DNA of 63,294 nucleotides, filler included, from Octopus bimaculoides (lineage: Eukaryota): the NCBI RefSeq assembly GCF_001194135.2. It is 5 parts of 5 records of this genome, joined end to end, with 100 filler letters (N's around TTAATTAATTAA, not from the genome) between each part and the next. Parts side by side here need not be neighbours in the genome. Positions count along the whole stretch, not along the records: positions 60,947 to 63,294 come from NC_068987.1; 4 more parts are not named here. One strand, 5' to 3'. The translations under genes were made by a program, and so were the position numbers. The number at the start of each line of letters is the position of its first letter. Position 1 is the first letter of the stretch. A model generated the notes under the pieces. It ran no database searches. It was given only the letters and a program-made list of their open reading frames with translations, and was not told the origin of the DNA. Below, piece by piece: positions 63,064 through 63,294 of this stretch.

Positions 63064-63177
63064 CATATAGATGAATGCATCTATGTATGTACTTCGTATA
63101 CCATGGAAAATTTCGTTAATATTGATTGAATGAATATATACATCGACCTTTGAATTTGTTTTCCCCTCTCCTTAATT
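63064..63177 (-). repeat. Inverted copy of 61952-62064 (PLE piece)
   Basis: rc AATTAAGGAGAGGGGAAAACAAATTCAAAGG..GATGCATTCATCTATATG matches 61952-62064 with few mismatches. Confidence 0.9.
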
Positions 63178-63254
63178 TTATATTCCTGAAGTTCTATCAA
63201 AGCACTAATCAGTTGAGCAGTATAAAGTGGATACCTATATCACTTTTTCTTCAT

Positions 63255-63294
<40 letters not shown>

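Overview
AT-rich animal genomic DNA, dense in microsatellites and assembly gaps. Its SINE, RTE and mariner repeats resemble those I recall from Octopus (coleoid cephalopod), but I cannot prove the species here. Four 100-bp N-TTAATTAATTAA-N pads mark artificial scaffold joins. There is no intact long ORF, and most of the ORF track is microsatellite or gap noise. The window holds at least five small GT-AG exons of an unidentified minus-strand host gene (14.7-32.6 kb) and many decayed transposons: Penelope-like (PLE), Tx1/L1-like, CR1, RTE and R4/Dong LINEs, Gypsy remnants, non-autonomous Helitrons and a Helentron-type element, three mariners, a hAT MITE and tRNA-SINEs. The strongest hunt result is seven candidate type I hammerhead ribozyme motifs. 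Three belong to one repeat family with a U3 core variant (UUGAUAA/UUGAUGA) and compensatory changes in stems I and II. Two of these lie in a ~359-bp tandem/inverted, retrozyme-like array; the third sits just past the 3' end of a Tx1-like LINE, and a second LINE copy shares the same 3' junction. Also notable: a tandem array of tRNA-Ser primer-binding sites behind an LTR, Helitrons carrying TTAGGG tracts, and a near-perfect nested palindrome. All calls were made by eye, without alignments or database searches.
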